A stretch of 62,623 nt of DNA, filler included, from Phoronis australis (GCA_002633005.1; 9 parts of 9 records of this genome joined end to end with filler, not necessarily neighbours in it); one strand, 5' to 3'. Positions 22,901-36,930 are shown, counted from the whole stretch's first letter. The notes: a model not told the origin generated them from the letters alone. Made by a program: numbers and translations.

Positions 22901-25194
22901 TTATTGCATCGGATTCTAGTGATCACCAGGGCAAGTCAAAACTCTTAAGGGGGCGCAATTTCAAAACTTTGGCATGAATCAGTGATATAAAAATGGAATT
23001 AGACCGACTTCAATTCATCAGCAATGTAGACACAACAGTTACAGACACTGATTGCGTTTGTTAACGTCTTGTGGCAATGATAAAAACAAATGTTTCTACT
23101 ATGATTGATAACAAGTTTTACTCTGATGAGGTATGATGCAATATACATGTCTAATATGCAGATCGGCAGTTGCAAAAATATTTAATGGATTTAATGAATC
23201 CGTTTGATATGAACCACTGTAAAAGTATGATTACTAACTGTACATTCGAAGCACGCCTCATTAGAATAAAAACATACACACACATGCTTGATGATCCTGG
23301 GAGTACCTCTAGGCNAGCTTGAAAACAATATAGTTTCGACTCAACAAATTACCTGAAATCCTCACTTAAGTTTTCCAAGTAGCGTCCTGTGGAGTCAGTA
23401 TTACGAACAAGATAGGCTTAAATCTGCGAAAGATTGTATCAAGCAACGTGAGAAAAATCTCTGGACGAACACAAGTCGTAGTCACGCGACCTTTGTTTTG
23501 AAGATCGTCTGCGTGTGTGAGTGAGCGAGCGTGTGCGTGTCATCAGCGTGTGCATTCTAACTAAAGAAATAACACCAGCACTATCACGAGAACGCGTTTT
23601 ATTTAACACTTGCTGATCACATCTACTATTAAAACGCACGATATTTGTCTCGGTAGGGCCTATGGCCGAATGTTGTTGAGTCGCCGAAGACTGGATGTGC
23701 GAGTCTGAGTTATTTTCCAGGAGATTCAGGGGTGGAGGTGTCCACTATAAGTGGGGCATTTTACGTTAAAAACACCAATTATGAATCAATTGAAAAAGTG
23801 ATTAATAAGGCAATCTCTCTTAAAAACAACGCAACAATTTTTACGGCATTAGTAACTTTCTGAAATTAGTGCCTGATATTCATGTCTTGCCGATAAAGCT
23901 ACACGGCATAGCTTTATCGATAGTTCCCGGAGACTAATGTCTGCAATGTCAAGTGACAGGTATGTAGTGCGCGCTTCCTGGCCACGTGCTTTTAACAATA
24001 ATTTTTTTATTCGCGAGACAGTCACAAGCGGTTTTCACGTGTAGGCCCTACAAAGTGTTAAAAAGTAGGTCACACCTGACCAGTTCAATGTACATTTTTG
24101 AAACATAAGTCCAGTGGACTACTGATCAGGGCTCGACATAACGAGCTGCAGGTCGCATTTGCGACCTGAAATTTGGAAATGCGAGCTGAGATTTTTGTCA
24201 GCTCGTATCAAGTCGCAAAATGCGACCTGTAATTTCCAATGAATGCGAGCTGAGTTTTTACACTTCTCAACAGATACCTGGCAAATACAAAGCAGCTCTT
24301 ATTAATACGACCGTTATTTGGATGTTGCCAAATCCAAGTTCAAAAGAACACTAATCGAGAACAGCCCTCCCAATGACTTGTAAGCAAGTCGCGTGAACAT
24401 GGGATATGCAGAATCGATCTTTGACGCGTTTCATTGGCTAACACTTTCGGCCACTTTTGTAAATTCCTGGATTCGCCAAAGAAAGTTTCGGGCCACTGCT
24501 TAACACGTGATAAAACTTCACAAAACAACGGTGTTTCTACTAATTCTTAAGCGATCAACCAAACTTTGTGATGGACAAAAATTTTATTTTTCACACAAGA
24601 TGTCCTTATTACATGTACCAAATATCCACCACAATATCCCTGATATCGCACTGCGGCACCGTTAGCGCGCAAGCGGTCTCGGCAGACAATCGTGACTTAG
24701 ACTGAGATGTGCTTCTCCTTTTTATCGTATAAGACAGCCAAAGTGAAAATGATAACCTTATTGATCGCCAAACGACGGCCACGTCTTTACTTTCAGTTGC
24801 CAAGAAATTCTCAAACCCTTTACTTGTTTCTGGGGCTAGTACGCGAAATATGATTTGTCTTTCACACGTTGTTGCCAACGTAAAGTGTAGGCCTACTCCA
24901 GCGATTCAAGTGCGTGAACTCACGCNNNNNNNNNNNNNNNNNNNNNNNNNNNNNNNNNNNNNNNNNNNNTTAATTAATTAANNNNNNNNNNNNNNNNNNN
25001 NNNNNNNNNNNNNNNNNNNNNNNNNGAAATCGAGGCTGTTAATCTATCACCACTAGTACACGCACGCCCTCTAGTTATTGAAGATTTTCCGAATAGCCCC
25101 AATGGAATTTGTAGGGTCGTGTCCCGTGGACTTTTTGTTCGTCAACAGGCGCCTGGCGTGATTTCACGTAACTTCCTCGGCATTCAGGGCGATG

Positions 25195-25312
25195 TAATTG
25201 ACCTATCGCAAGCACCGCCCCTATGCGAAAAGTCACGTGATACCCGACAATCGAACGAGATGTCAGAGGCAAATACACTGTCGCTAAACGACGATACTGG
25301 TGGAATCGTAGG
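25195..25312 (+). repeat. Unclassified dispersed repeat, inverted copy at ~53583-53695
   Basis: ccgcccctatgcgaaaagtcacgtgatacccgacaatcgaacgagatgtcagaggcaaatac is present almost exactly in both places. Confidence 0.8.
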
Positions 25313-26194
25313 CAATGACCATCGCCTCTGTTGGCCCGAACCAGAGGCGATGTAGAGGCTATAGGCGCTCTGTACGCCGGAAGCTTTTCGGCGAATTATG
25401 CCTCGCACCAACTAAACCATCAAACCTATTTGCGGCAGTGCCTTGCTGTTTGCTTGGTGCTAGTTTTGAGCTGTGCTATAGAGAAGTATTATCTAAACTT
25501 CAGTTTTGTTGTAAATGCTTACTATGTGATATTTTTCACTCATTTTTTTGAAATTTTCAGGTTTAAGTCCAAACTTGTGGCAGTCCGTCTGTATGTCACA
25601 CAATGTCGTTGGCGTGGTTTTTTTGTCCCCCACAGCACAATTTGGGAAACATATTATTCACAGTCTGCATGTCACACAATGTCGTTGGCATGTCATCTCA
25701 AATGGGAATCTGATTTTTTCATATTTTGCACTTTGATGTAGGTAGGACATCTCCAAGCGCCATTTGGTTTTGTTTTGAACAGAGATTCTGCCATGCTTTT
25801 AAATTCCCCTTTTATTTACAAATATTATCAATAGTTGAGTTTCGTGACGCAGTTGCCAGGCTTATTTTTATATCAGGCTTTGCTCATTTCTTTTTGGTGT
25901 GACCCTCAGGTTCATTTTTAATATTGAGAACCAGGCCAATAACTTGTTGCTGCTGTTAGTTTTGTAATTGATCCCAACTTCAACAAGTGTTGTATAATAT
26001 TAAAAAGGGTTTTGTAAAGTATATTATTGTACATACTTCATTGAAATTTAGACTTATTGTACACCCTGCAGATGCCATGATGATGTTTAGTGCATACTTT
26101 GTTTCAGTGATTATTAAGTAATTCTGATGTTGATATAAGTTGATGCAATGTGAAGTTTCATTAGAATAATAAAAAATAAACATCTCTCTGCCTG

Positions 26195-26695
26195 TTGCAT
26201 GTAAGTACATGTGTGTCAATGGCTTGGCTCCAACATATCTCAGCCACAAATTCAGTAGCAGTCAAGCTACATACTCTACATGTTTTTATGTTGCTGATAA
26301 TGTTTATTATAAAAAAAATAAAACTGAGACCGGCAAGAGATCTTTTATTTATGCTGCTGCTGCAACATGGAACTCTCATAGCTCAGAAATTAATACTGGC
26401 AAACTTAATATTAAAATGTGGCTGTAATTTACTTACCCATTCTTACACTTTGCGTTTCTTAGTTATGTCATTTTTCATTATTGTACATGCTCTCACTATT
26501 TAGTATCATCTCATTATTTCATCTCTCTTGGTCAAAATTTCATCCTTAACCTGTTTTAAATGCTGCTTTGTTACCTATATCGAATTATTGTACTGCATTA
26601 TATCCTGCGGTTGAGGGCCCCTGAAAAGCAGTGCTATCACTGAAGAGGCAACCATCATTTTAAATATTCCAGTAAACAAGTAAATAAATTAAATA
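26195..26695 (+). mobile_element. L2/Crack-type LINE 3' end
   Basis: MCVNGLAPTYLSHKF...KTETGKRSFIYAAAATWNS, then a 3' tail agggcccc..aaaagcagtg...actga.gaggc.ac and (TAAA)n. The same tail occurs at 60453-60550. Confidence 0.75.
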
Positions 26696-27196
26696 GTTTG
26701 TACTTGAGCCGGATTTACTGTATGTCGTGATCTATGCATTTTAGCCTAAACAAAACAATTTTTATACTATTTATTCATTTGTTAACTGGCTGTAGTTGGT
26801 AGTTTAGTTATGACTGGCTGGAAAAAGCAAAAGAACAGTTAAGATGGGTTCGGTTGTATATCAGAAAAAACACTATGTATTATCTTATATTGGAATATGA
26901 AACCAAGTATAGAGGTGAACAATTATTTCCGCCATGACCTATAAACCAGGCTTAAATTAAAATATTCCTACGAACTTTAAAATCATCGCGTATGTAAACG
27001 ACGTATTAATTAACTTTTCGGTTTAGTGGCTCTTGTGTACCTGTACAGTCTTTTCTACACCTGTCACCTGATTGGAATATTGTGATTTTTTTCTTGGGAG
27101 ACAATAAGCCGAAACGTCGATAAATATGCCGTGGTTTGCATATGCGCTGATTTTAAAGTTCGTATTCATAATTTGGCCAAAAGCAAATGTGATTTA

Positions 27197-29721
27197 AGTC
27201 CTGCTCTCACACGTTGTTAACCCTTATTACATTGTTAGAGGATGTTATAAGGATCCAAGAAGTACTCACCCCATAACTAATACATGATCCGTATTCGAAA
27301 AATGTTTAAATGAACGCGCCACTTACGATTCGCACCCAAAGAACCACCGCCATTTTGAACTTGCCGCGAAACCAGAAGTACAATTCATTCAAGAACCCAG
27401 GCTAAGAAAACGCCGTCATTGTGTCAATGGACGAGTGCCTGTTACTAGGCTGCAAACGGGGATAAAATAATCGAAAGCGTGCCTTAATTTTAATAAATTC
27501 AAGATACGGACAATTTTATCAAATTTGCTGAAGAAATGTGGCGAATAAATTTTGACAGAAATTATTTTGCCGGACTCGGGACCGCAGCCTATCGGAACCG
27601 GTGCAGATCGAGAACAGACACTGGCGAACGGTAAAGGCATGCGGTTGCAAGCTGTTTTGTCGAAGTAAAATGTTTAAATCATAAATGCGGCATACATTCA
27701 AAGGTATTTTCAGACACTTGCAAAAAATTACAGGCTGGTCACTCCTGTGTCACACTGCCGCGACAGCTCTTAGGTTAGCTAGCCTCAGTGCCAGCTACCA
27801 GTATGAAGACTATCCTCTGAAAAGTCAGCTCGTTAGTAGGCCTATACAGCTTTGTGCTAAGACTAGTACCCTTAGGCCTGCCTGGTTCCTGGCCACAGCG
27901 CTCGCTCAAACGAGGTTTATTTAGAATTTGGGGTCTTCTGGCGAACTGTGCAAAGTTGTTGGCTTTCAACAAAGGTTTGCCCAGACTTTGCATATTGAGC
28001 GCACCAAGCCTAAAAAAATGGGAGGCTGGAATTTTTGGGAATGTCTAACTTTTGCTATAAGATTCACTGGGTATGTGCAGAGCTATACATTGCAGACACC
28101 AAATTTTGATACTTCCTGTCTTCTAGTGCACTTTTGTCTCGTTTTCTACTTTTTTCGGAGTTCGTGCTTCTCTGACTGAGGCAGACCTTTTCCATTTCTC
28201 CAAATAGGGGACTCGTTCGAGCACATAAGTATGACAAGTCCAATAAAAATGTTATCATTTTTTATTCATTAAGCCAAAATGATTCAACCTTTTAACATAA
28301 TAAATGAATTAAGATGCACAATACTTCACAAATTTAGCATTACAAACACTGTCCAACAGCACAAGTTTCCATGATATGAAAGTGAACATACCTGAATTTG
28401 ACAAGCATGATTTAAAAATATGAAGTTGCAAGGAACAACAATTGGAGGCTTGAAGCTTCACAATCCAACATAGCTTATTTCTCTAATTAATAATATTCAT
28501 ATTGTTGACTTGATAACCTGAATTAAAGAAAGCAATAAGTTACAAAACATGACTTGAAAGCAATTTAGACTTAAAATTTAGAAAAATGTGTATCATTTTG
28601 TGACACCTAATCAAGCCTTGAACAGCAGTTGATAGTCAAACAAAAAAAATTTCAAAATTATTTCAACTATTTTTTAGCTTGGTGTAAGATCACCCGAATG
28701 GGAAATTTACAGTAAAACAATTCGAATATATCTCATATTTTTTGCACAAAAACACAAAAATTGAACAAAGTTCCTTTTTGTAGCAACGCTTGTTCAAATG
28801 TATCAACTTTAAATCTTCCCAAATTACAAAGTAACAGGTGAACATGCCTTCCAGTTTACCTAAAGTCACCATGTTGTCGTTACCGCCGGAAATGAGGCTA
28901 AGTCCAACGGGAATTGTGAGCACATTGATCACTTGATAAGTAACAACTGCGACGCTGAAATTTTGTGAAAAGTGTTGATCGTGCAGAATAGTAAGTAAAG
29001 ATATGTCTCACTAATTGTCACCGTAAATTGTTGGCGCAAACAATTTACACAAAGTTTTAAACTCGTAACTTATCCCGCTGTCCTCCAATATGGCCGACGC
29101 GATCCAAACAAAGTGACCCAAATTTCGCCACAAAAATTGCATTAACTTTACACTGCTTGCCCCGATTTTGATACTTTTTCGATTTTTACTGAGTAGAGTG
29201 CACTACCTTTCCGATGAAAGCAAAGTACTCTTTCAAAACAAGAAAAAAATCGAAATGAAAAAAATTGGTTCGACTCATATTGGTTCCTAGGTTCGCCCGC
29301 CCTACGTAAGGAACTAAACACCAATGTTGTTTTAACATAATAAGTACGCGTAACATTCCAAAAAATTCAACTACTACTAACTACAAACAATAAATACACT
29401 ACATATACAAACAAATTACAAGATATTACTAATAAAACAAAATAATGAAGACTTTTCGAGCGAGCCATAGCACATTCAGTTACAAGGAAAAAATGGCGGC
29501 GTTCACGACAAGTTCCTGAACTGATGAGCGGGAAATGTGGGTACGGAAATAACCGATGACATCCGGTAATTATACGCTCACAGAGAAGGGTCAAAAACTG
29601 TTAAAAATCGCTTTTCTCAAGGAAGGCGAAAAGAATATAAAGAAAGGGTGTCGAAAATAAGATTTTATTTAGTAAATATTGACGGATACTGGAACCACAT
29701 GGGCAGTTTGAGACCAGGACT
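27197..29721 (+). mobile_element. Non-autonomous Kolobok-type element inserted in a tandem repeat; right arm repeated at 47722-48164
   Basis: TTTA|AGTCCTGCTCTCACAC...GTTTGAGACCAGGACT|TTAA. Joined flanks (caaatgtgatt-aaagttatgcat) match the uninterrupted neighbouring unit caaatgggattaaaggtatgcat at ~29859. Confidence 0.72.
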
Positions 29722-31612
29722 TTAAAGTTATGCATGAGTTTTTATATGATCACAATTGTAATGTTCTGTTTCTACCTCTAATAACAGGTATTTTGATGTT
29801 TTTGTCTTTATTTACATATGCGCTGATTTTAAGCTCGTACTCATATTTTGGCCCAAACAAATGGGATTAAAGGTATGCATAATGTTTTCCTATTATCACA
29901 ATGGTACTGGTCCATTTCTTCCTCCAATGATAAGTATTTTGTAGATCATACTTTGTTAACCTGGAAGCTCACAACCTAGACAAGTGCATATTCTGTAAGA
30001 AAGAATTTGTGGTATTTATATGTGTCGGTACGCAGCAGTTATATATGTTTTGTATTTGTTAACAGATCTCACGTTTTCAATAGATTCTCAATATTATTCT
30101 TTATAAACTAGACTATTGTACAGCCCATGTTTATTTTCTAAGGCAAAGTTGTTTCCTTATCCCTATTATATGTATTTGTAGTAGTAGTATTTACTTATTA
30201 TAATGACAAGTACAATTAAATCAAACAGTTAAAGATATCACATTCATAAGAAAGTACCCAGCCCAGTTGGGCTTATTAGTCACTTTAACCACAGAACTCA
30301 GATGTAGGCCTACCATAAATGCGTCGGTTTCTAAGTTTAAAAGCAGACTTGATATATGGCAAATTGCCTAGGAAAATACTGAAATAGCAGTTTTAACGTA
30401 TCTAATCTACTGAAATCTACAAAGTTCGGATTTGAAGTGAAACATTATTTAACAGAATAGACCTCCGTGAGTTATAAAGTGAACAATCAAACACAAAATG
30501 TAGCTCATCCTCCGCAGAGCCAGAGTCGCAACACAAGCATGTGTGTATGTTTTAAAAAATAAAAACTGTGTAATTATATATATTGCTTATCTTTTATATT
30601 ATTTTATTTCATTTAAAATGACTTCGATATAAGTTCAACAAACCTATTTGGATGTGCCATTTCGACAAAATTCATTCTCAACCAATGTAATTACCGTGTA
30701 AGAGGTTTCTGATTCACGGTCAACCATATGAAGATCCAGGTCAAAGGGAAGGTCACAAGTAGTTCTATTCAGTTGGAGAATTTTATGATGCCTTCTTAAC
30801 TCAGGCAGCACAGCCAGCTGGCTCTCTATTGTATTGGCAGGGGATGGGGTAATTGAAACTTACGTTTCGGCTGACTTGAATTTTTAGCTGGAATAGATCC
30901 CTCTTTCATCCGTCACGTGTAACCAACAGTATATAGTGACAAGTCTAGCAGTTTTATCGGTAGCTATATCATTGCTGACGAAAAGTCTACGAAAACCAGC
31001 ATACACAAAACCTAGGCCCTAGGACATAAATTTCCACTGTCATAGTTACTTACGAACAAAGCTTCTTCATCCTCAGTCAAAATTGCCGCCATCTATCCCT
31101 CATTCTTGGGACACAACCCAATTTTGCACAAGTGCTTCGCGCTTCGTAGCGTGCATTCCCGGATGGATTGTTGCTGGAATGTACGGGGCCCCACTGGGGG
31201 CTACACTAAGCAGCGGTATTCGATGAGTGTGAGAGACGGAAGTGGAAACATAATCTCCCGTCGTGTTGCTCTCTCCCAACCCACAGCATGCCTCAAAACA
31301 TTTTGACACTCTCAGACGGCTTAGCTGAGATCCATAAGATCAGATAATGAATTTCAGTCCTCGTTGTGATCTATACGGTCCACCATTGTATGAATATCAA
31401 AACGCTTTACTCGTGCACTTTTAACTTCATTTCAGGAATTTTCACTCCAACACCAGCGCAAACTTCCGAAAGCCAATCGCCACAAGTAACCGTCTGAAAC
31501 TATATCATTGCCTAGCGCGCAAAAACTGATTACTTCTTGGTACACAATTCTCACTAGTTCATCTCTCTACTAGCCACCCGCTTTCGGAATCTCCTGTCAT
31601 CTTTGCATCTAA

Positions 31613-31816
31613 GAGGCCATTGAGGAAAAAAACGTAACCAGTAATGAACTCAACGCCATATCAAAGGAGGTACTGGAACTAAAGAAAGAAAATTTGGAAA
31701 ATGATCTAGAAGCCAACCAACGGAGAAAAATAAAAGAAGAACGGAAATTGGACTTAGAAATCGAAAACCTCATACTAAAGAACAAGAAACTGAAGATGGA
31801 AATTGAAAATATGTGA
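31613..31816 (+). pseudogene. Start-less 67-codon coiled-coil frame, probably a decayed terminal exon of a transposon accessory gene
   Basis: EAIEEKNVTSNELNAISKEVLELKKENLENDLEANQRRKIKEERKLDLEIENLILKNKKLKMEIENM*. Upstream sequence after the acceptor at ~31434 has stops and frameshifts. Resemblance to C-termini of Harbinger Myb/SANT-like proteins is an inference. Confidence 0.35.
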
Positions 31817-33721
31817 CTGTTTTTATCATCTGTTCCTTCTTCAAGTGTTGTAATGTTATTTATTCCTTTGTTTGTTACTGTTGCTTGTGAAAGTTACGTG
31901 GTATTACCTTCGATGGGAATGAGTGACGAGGCGTGTATTTTTGAGAAGACTGAATGCATATTACAAGAGAATATGCACTACTTAAAATAGCGCACCAGTC
32001 GGTTTTTGTCAAGCTTTTTGAAAAGATTGTTAACACCGGTGACTTGTTGCACACGAGTCTATTCATTAGCTTAACATAATTACATTGATTTGTAATTTAT
32101 TGACGTTTATATAGTTCCATGTTGCCAGGAAGAGATAACCAGGAAGGGACAACTGTTTTAGCGCATTTTAACGTGTTTTCAAAAGTGATTTCAAAAGTAA
32201 ATGTTAAGGTCGTCTAGAATCCAAGCATTGTGTTTGAAAGCTCAATTCTGTAGGTATAAAATGACACCACTTTGGTCCCCAAAGACTGCATATTAATGGC
32301 ACTAGGATGCTTTGAACATGACATGCTTTACCCTTCCAAAAGATGCCTCTTCCCAGGCATGTACTCGGGCATGATCCTCTTTTTTGAACCAACAGATGTC
32401 ACTAATATATGCAAATGAGGCTTGCATCTCCTACGTCATATAACGTCATACGACGTCATGTGACGCGAACTTCCAATAATTATTTGAACCCTCAGGTGCC
32501 TACACAGCACAGTGAATGAGTTGAAACGCAGTTCTACCTGACTGGGCAGATTTAAGAAAATTAAAAACTCACACAAGTCAATTTTTAAAGAACATTGAAT
32601 GGTTTCACATGAAAATACATTTAATTGTATATGGATACGCTTTCATGTGTGTAAGCGTGGACTTTGTCAAAATCCAGATTTAGAAGCAGGTGTTAGTCAA
32701 GAAATAAGCTGCTCCCGCCACGGTGGCCGGTGTCGTGGCGTCCGAGTCGCCGGGAAGTCTGATCCATGCATGCACAATTCGACGAACTTACGCTAGTCGC
32801 TGCCGGTCAGCTCCGCTATGATTCATTTGAGACGAGCGCGTGCGGCTTAACTCGAACCTATACTGCCTCCAAGGTCGCTTTGTCTTGACCCAGTTTCGGG
32901 AAAAGTTCATTTTAATACGGTCATTTCCTGAAGATTTTTTTGAAAGATTTGATCCCGAAATCCTTGGCCTATAGAGCTGTATCAAAATTCCTTGTTGAAA
33001 CACGGCCACTGGTCCAGCTTCTGCCGGGCGGCTGGGGAAAATGCTATGGAACGCGTGTCTCAAAAATGCACACACGGCCCCTGCAGTTCAAGTTCTTTTC
33101 CCGTCAATCACTGTGTGCGGATTCTACGCGGGCAGCCTACTGCATGACTACACCTTATTTTTAACGTGGGTGCGTCACTGAGTCACGACGTGTCCAGCCT
33201 TTGCAGTATGCACGGGAATGTCAAGCAAACGATTCGGTTTAGAAGAACCTAAATTCATTGCATTGGAACTACAAAGCATCAAGGAAATGCCAAGACAATC
33301 TTTCCAAATTTATGAGCAATGACTTGAACTTCTTTTTCGATCCGATCTACGGCTTGTAAATTTTTGAATTTCTTTAGTCTAGTTTTTAATTCAATACATT
33401 CATGAATATCACTGTTATCGTTTAGTGTCCTTCTTTGCGATATGGTGGTCTGATGATGGATCGAATTTTTGCCGTCAGCCTTCAGCCTTCAACTAAGTTC
33501 AGTTACGCATCGCCATTTCTTACAAGACAGCTTCTGTGCTGTGCACGAATGTTTTGTGTTTTTGATGAATTTGGAATCTCAACTTCCCTTCGTGAGTAGT
33601 TGGCAGTGTCATGTCGGAGGTGTATAGAGGGCACAGCACTGAAAAAAGTGGGGGCTAAAGCCCCCTCAGCCCCCCTGTAGTGCACCGCCTATGGACCACT
33701 GAAAAACTTGGACTGAATTAA

Positions 33722-34620
33722 AGGAGAATGCCACCCGATTTGATTAGTCTTTTTTGCCGTCTTAATCGGTCTATATCCACCTCGCCTCGCACATCGACCT
33801 TACCTTGCCAAGAGGTGTCTCGTTAACTTGTGAGGAAGGTGAGAAACGACGCTAGCGACGTCAGTGGTTCATCTGCAGAGTGAATGCCGCTATGTTGCGG
33901 TGCATCGTTCCCGCTTGTGCGAACTATGTAGCTGCGAGGAAAGCGGGTATATCGTTTTTTCGACTTCCTCGAGAGTCCGAAATGTTTAGGAAGTGGATCG
34001 CAGTAGTCAGGAAGAATGAAAAGTACGCTGTAAATAGCAAGTATGAGGCCGTGGAACATCTCCTTGACTGTGGCCTGCAGTCGTCGACAGCCGCGTGAGT
34101 GCCTGACGAATGCCAACTTGCCAAATAACTATCCCTACGTTCCGTTGTCTGAGCCTGTTCACGGCGCCTCTTTAGTATTTCTTCATCACTGTATTCCTGT
34201 TCGAACTGATAGCCTGTGAAACCTAACGATCCACCTGCGAAGTCTTCGTCGGGACTGATGAGCTCTCGTCTAAGTCGCGGAGGCCTGCGAGTTGCCATGT
34301 TGACGTTTATTACTGAGCGTTCTGTTTCAAAATGAATTACTCTCACCCTAACAAATACTTATATAAAACTGAAACAAAGTCTGTCTCATTAGATGCAATT
34401 TTTAATGCCTTTGGAGTGTTCCTGAATGCAAATGATTTGAGAAGCCAGCAATGAATAAATCATGGCGTAATAAGGTGCAATAAAACTAATTTACGGGACA
34501 CCGAGGCCGTGTGAGCTCATGCTAATTTAGTGTTTGATGGTAGAAACTGTTGTGAAACAACTCCATTTCCATCTCACGGCCAGGTGTTAGGGGAATCTTT
34601 ATTTATATTTACATTATACA
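33722..34620 (+). mobile_element. Internally deleted Kolobok-type element: THAP N-terminus (+) facing a second-ORF N-terminus (-), copy 1
   Basis: TTAA|AGGAGAATGCC left end. + strand MLRCIVPACANYVAARKAGISFFRLPRESEMFRKWIAVVRK (THAP CxxxxC...FFRLP...W). - strand MATRRPPRL...GFTGYQFEQEYSDEEIL. Right TIR not seen. Confidence 0.75.
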
Positions 34621-35812
34621 AATAATGATTGTCAAAGTACAAAGTGGCGAAGTGGGCAAAAAGGTCCGCCTCTGGGTGACAAAAAATCCGAGAATATGAG
34701 ACTAAAGTCCTCTAAATAAGCACTTTCGCGCAATTCACAGTGGTGCCCCGTTTTTTTTNNNNNNNNNNNNNNNNNNNNNNNNNNNNNNNNNNNNNNNNNN
34801 NNTTAATTAATTAANNNNNNNNNNNNNNNNNNNNNNNNNNNNNNNNNNNNNNNNNNNNGTGAATTTCTAACCGCGACGCGCTTTCCCGGGCCGGCGTTTC
34901 AGTAGGCTACTGCACGCTCGTGCGAGCCAGCAACCAAAAATCGATAGCCGAGGACCAGACCCACTCCCTGGATAAAATTTTGTAGGATCTGTGCTTGCAC
35001 ACCCCACTCCCACGCTGATCGCGTGTCCTCTTCCACCCGATCAGTCACGGCCTGCTTACATGGATGTAGTTCCGGCGCCTCGCTATTTAAGTTGGGGTAA
35101 CGGGCTCCGGGTGCAGAACATATCGTCACGTACGGGCCGGTTTCACATTGATCGAGTTTGGGACATATCAAAAAACGATCAACAGTTGCAATGCCCTTTA
35201 TTTCTTTTTTCTTCTGTTGTAGTTAGCTGACCAATTTTGAGAAAGTTCAAAGTTTAATAAAGGGCTTCTTTGTACTTATGGTCCGCAAGGGAAAAATACG
35301 TTGCCACTAACAGGCAGCGGGTATCATTGACATCCATCCATTGGCTAATCGCCATACGAAAAGCCGTTCATAATAGTACCGGCGCGGTGGAACTCATAAG
35401 CGCTTAATCCCTACCACTAAAAAGCATTCGTAGCCGGTTGAGAAACACGATATCACCTAAGGTCCGCAATTTCAGCCGGGTTGGGCATTCCATAAACTAT
35501 TAAATCCGAAATCGAGCTCGAAATTATTTTTGGCGTTTTGCTTTTCACTGACTACAAACTCAAGGCGTAGGGTTAGAACTTTGCTCAGGGTGCAACACCA
35601 GGTCACTTCCATAAAATCTATGAAGTATTTGTGCCAGGAGCATAAGCGTCCCCTTCATTTCTCACTTGCTTTTGCTGGTTCAATAATTCATCCTGACGGT
35701 GGACGTTTGTCATCAAGTAAAACTGTAGTCATGTTTAAGATTTGATCTTGTTGGACAACCATTTTTCATAGAGAACGTACAAAGTGCTGTGAAAAAATTC
35801 ACGTGTCCTTAA

Positions 35813-36048
35813 AGAGGCATGGAACGCGAAAGGTCGTCAAAAATATCTTCTAAACAATTCCTCATGAATGCACCATCTCGTAACATCTACATGTACTACA
35901 GAGCTATTCCCTTTCCCCTGTAAGGGGAATTTCTAGAAAATTCGCATTTTTTAAAATGCGCATGAAGGAAAAGCTGTGTCGTCACCCCACTTAGATAAAA
36001 GCGCACGCTCACAGTCATTCAACAAATAGCTGACTGACAAGATGGATA
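35813..36048 (+). mobile_element. Left arm of the TTAA-AGAGGCATGGAA element family, cut by the 36053 element
   Basis: Same left end and first ~150 bp as 38694. A third partial copy lies at ~61260-61460. Confidence 0.65.
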
Positions 36049-36052
36049 TTAA

Positions 36053-36930
36053 AGGAGAATGCCTCCCGATTTAATTAATATTTGTTACTGTCTTAATCGG
36101 TCTATATCCACATCGCCTCTTATACGGTCGACCTCACCTTGCCGAGAGGTGTCGCGTTAACCTGTGAGGAAGGTAAGAAACGACGCAGCGGCGTCAGTGG
36201 TTCGTCTGCAGAGCGGAATGCCGCTATGTTGCGGTGCATCGTTTCCGCTTGTCCGAATTATGAAGCTGCGAAGAAAGAGGGTATATCGTTTTTTCGACTT
36301 CCTCGAGAGCCCGAAATACTTAGGAAGTGGCTCGCGGTAGTGAAGATTGAAAGGTACGCTGTTAATAGCTAGTATGAGGCCGTGAAACATCTCCGTGTCT
36401 GTGGCCGGCTTTTCGTCGACAATGATTTCTCTGACGAATTCCGGCGTACCAAAGAACTATCCATACGTTCCGTTGCCTGTGCATGTTCACAGCGCCTCTC
36501 TAGCATTTCTTGATCAATGTATTCCGGTCCGATTTGATAGCCTGTGAAACCTTACGATCCGACCCGTGAAGTCTTCGACGGATGAGCTCTTGACTAAGTC
36601 GGGATTGGCACCGGGTGAGTTGCCATGTAGACGTTTACTCTGCGTTCTGTTTCAAAATGAATTATTCCCACCCCTCTATAATGCTTATATAAAACTGAAA
36701 CAAAGTCTGTCTCATTAGATACAATTTGTAATGCATTTGCAGTATTCGTGAGTTCAAATGTGTCGACAATAAAGGTAATTGACCGGGCACCGAGGCCATG
36801 TGAGCGCATGCTAATCCAGTGTTTGCTGACAGAAAGCTGTTGTGAAACAATTGCTCGATTTTATATGCTATGGTCGCATGTTAGAGGAATCTTTTTTAAA
36901 CATACAAATACATTATTCCTATGATTGTTA
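36053..36930 (+). mobile_element. Internally deleted Kolobok-type element, copy 2
   Basis: TTAA|AGGAGAATGCC. MLRCIVSACPNYEAAKKEGISFFRLPREPEILRKWLAVVK. Collinear with 33722-34620 over ~850 bp. Confidence 0.75.

Noticed and set aside
32788-33075. RecQ-like/Academ helicase start (FGIKSFK/NLQEMTV)
   Set aside because: It needs a frameshift and lacks the Walker A motif; the similarity is too weak.
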